A stretch of 64,000 nucleotides of DNA, from positions 806,001-870,000 of the forward strand of contig JBODTK010000014.1 in assembly GCA_050613775.1 (NCBI GenBank). Direction: 5' to 3'. This DNA comes from Neocallimastix sp. 'constans' (Eukaryota). The notes beneath the pieces were generated by a model, which searched no databases, had not been told where the DNA came from, and saw only the letters and a list, made by a program, of their open reading frames with translations. Of this stretch, positions 63,343 to 64,000 are shown piece after piece. The number at the start of each line of letters is the position of its first letter. Position 1 is the first letter of the stretch. A program made the position numbers and the translations under genes.

Positions 63343-64000
63343 ATGGTTAATAAACTATTTAGTATAAGAAGACTGAGAGTAGGAGCCATTTTTACTACAG
63401 TAGGTCTTATTTTTATATTATTATTTTTAATATTATTTAAAGGAGATGGAATAAATAATGGTATAAAGAAAGAGAAATTAAGAACCCTTAAAAATCAAAA
63501 TGTAATCAATTTGAAGGAACTTAATGAAAATATGAATGGTACAAAACCAAATAAACAGCCAATATACGAAATGGATGAACGAATAAAAATGGAGGAAGCA
63601 GTTTTGAAAAATGGAAAAGGAACAGGAAAAGGAATAGGAAAAAGTAGTGGAGAGGATATGGATGAATCATTTGATGGGAAGGATTTTGAAAATAATAATA
63701 ATAATAATAATAATAAAAATGAGAATGAAAATGAAAATAAAAATAAAAATGAGAATGAAAATGAAAATGAAAATGAAAATAAAAATGAAAATGAAAATAA
63801 AAATGAAAATGAAAATAAAAATGAAAATGAAAATGAAAAGGGACAAGTTGATCCAGAGGATAAAGAACTGAAGAATAGTAAAACTTATAATGAAAATATA
63901 GAAGAAAATGAAAAAGAAAAGGTTGAAGATAATGTTAAGGGAGAAGAAGAAAAGGAAGAAGAAGAGGATGAAGAGAAAGAGAGAGAAAGGATAATAGAAA
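63343..64000 (+). CDS. 5' part of a type II membrane protein with an N/E/K-rich stem (possible glycosyltransferase paralogue), running off the window
   Basis: Open frame MVNKLFSIRRLRVGAIFTTVGLIFILLFLILFKGDG...NENENKNENENE... to the window end. Same layout as the upstream GT10 gene, but no catalytic domain is visible. Confidence 0.8.
   Translation, partial: MVNKLFSIRRLRVGAIFTTVGLIFILLFLILFKGDGINNGIKKEKLRTLKNQNVINLKELNENMNGTKPNKQPIYEMDERIKMEEAVLKNGKGTGKGIGKSSGEDMDESFDGKDFENNNNNNNNKNENENENKNKNENENENENENKNENENKNENENKNENENEKGQVDPEDKELKNSKTYNENIEENEKEKVEDNVKGEEEKEEEEDEEKERERIIE

Overview
Extremely AT-rich, intron-rich eukaryotic DNA with long poly(A/T) runs and microsatellites. Base composition and a CBM18-serpin point to an anaerobic gut fungus (Neocallimastigomycota); this is an inference. 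Most ORFs in the supplied track are microsatellite artefacts or single exons. Genes rebuilt by hand-splicing: a CC1-box coiled-coil protein (-), RPB11 (+), a 14-exon Treslin/Sld3 (+), EIPR1/TSSC1 (-), an ARMH2 homologue (+), PLPBP/YggS (-), a 58-aa Tom6-like gene (+), a secreted protein with a C-terminal anchor (-), a 2xCBM18-serpin pseudogene (-), a GT10 fucosyltransferase (+) and the start of a second type II membrane protein (+). There are also Copia, LINE-like and MITE remnants. Best leads: (1) an AT-AC minor-spliceosome (U12) intron in the Treslin gene; (2) a fungal Sld3 that keeps the Treslin-type N-terminal vWA domain; (3) ARMH2, a CatSper-associated protein in mammals, in a presumably zoosporic fungus; (4) a BICD/HAP1/TRAK-type dynein-adaptor motif split by an intron; (5) a hidden Tom6-like microprotein. 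All family assignments come from recalled motifs, not database searches.
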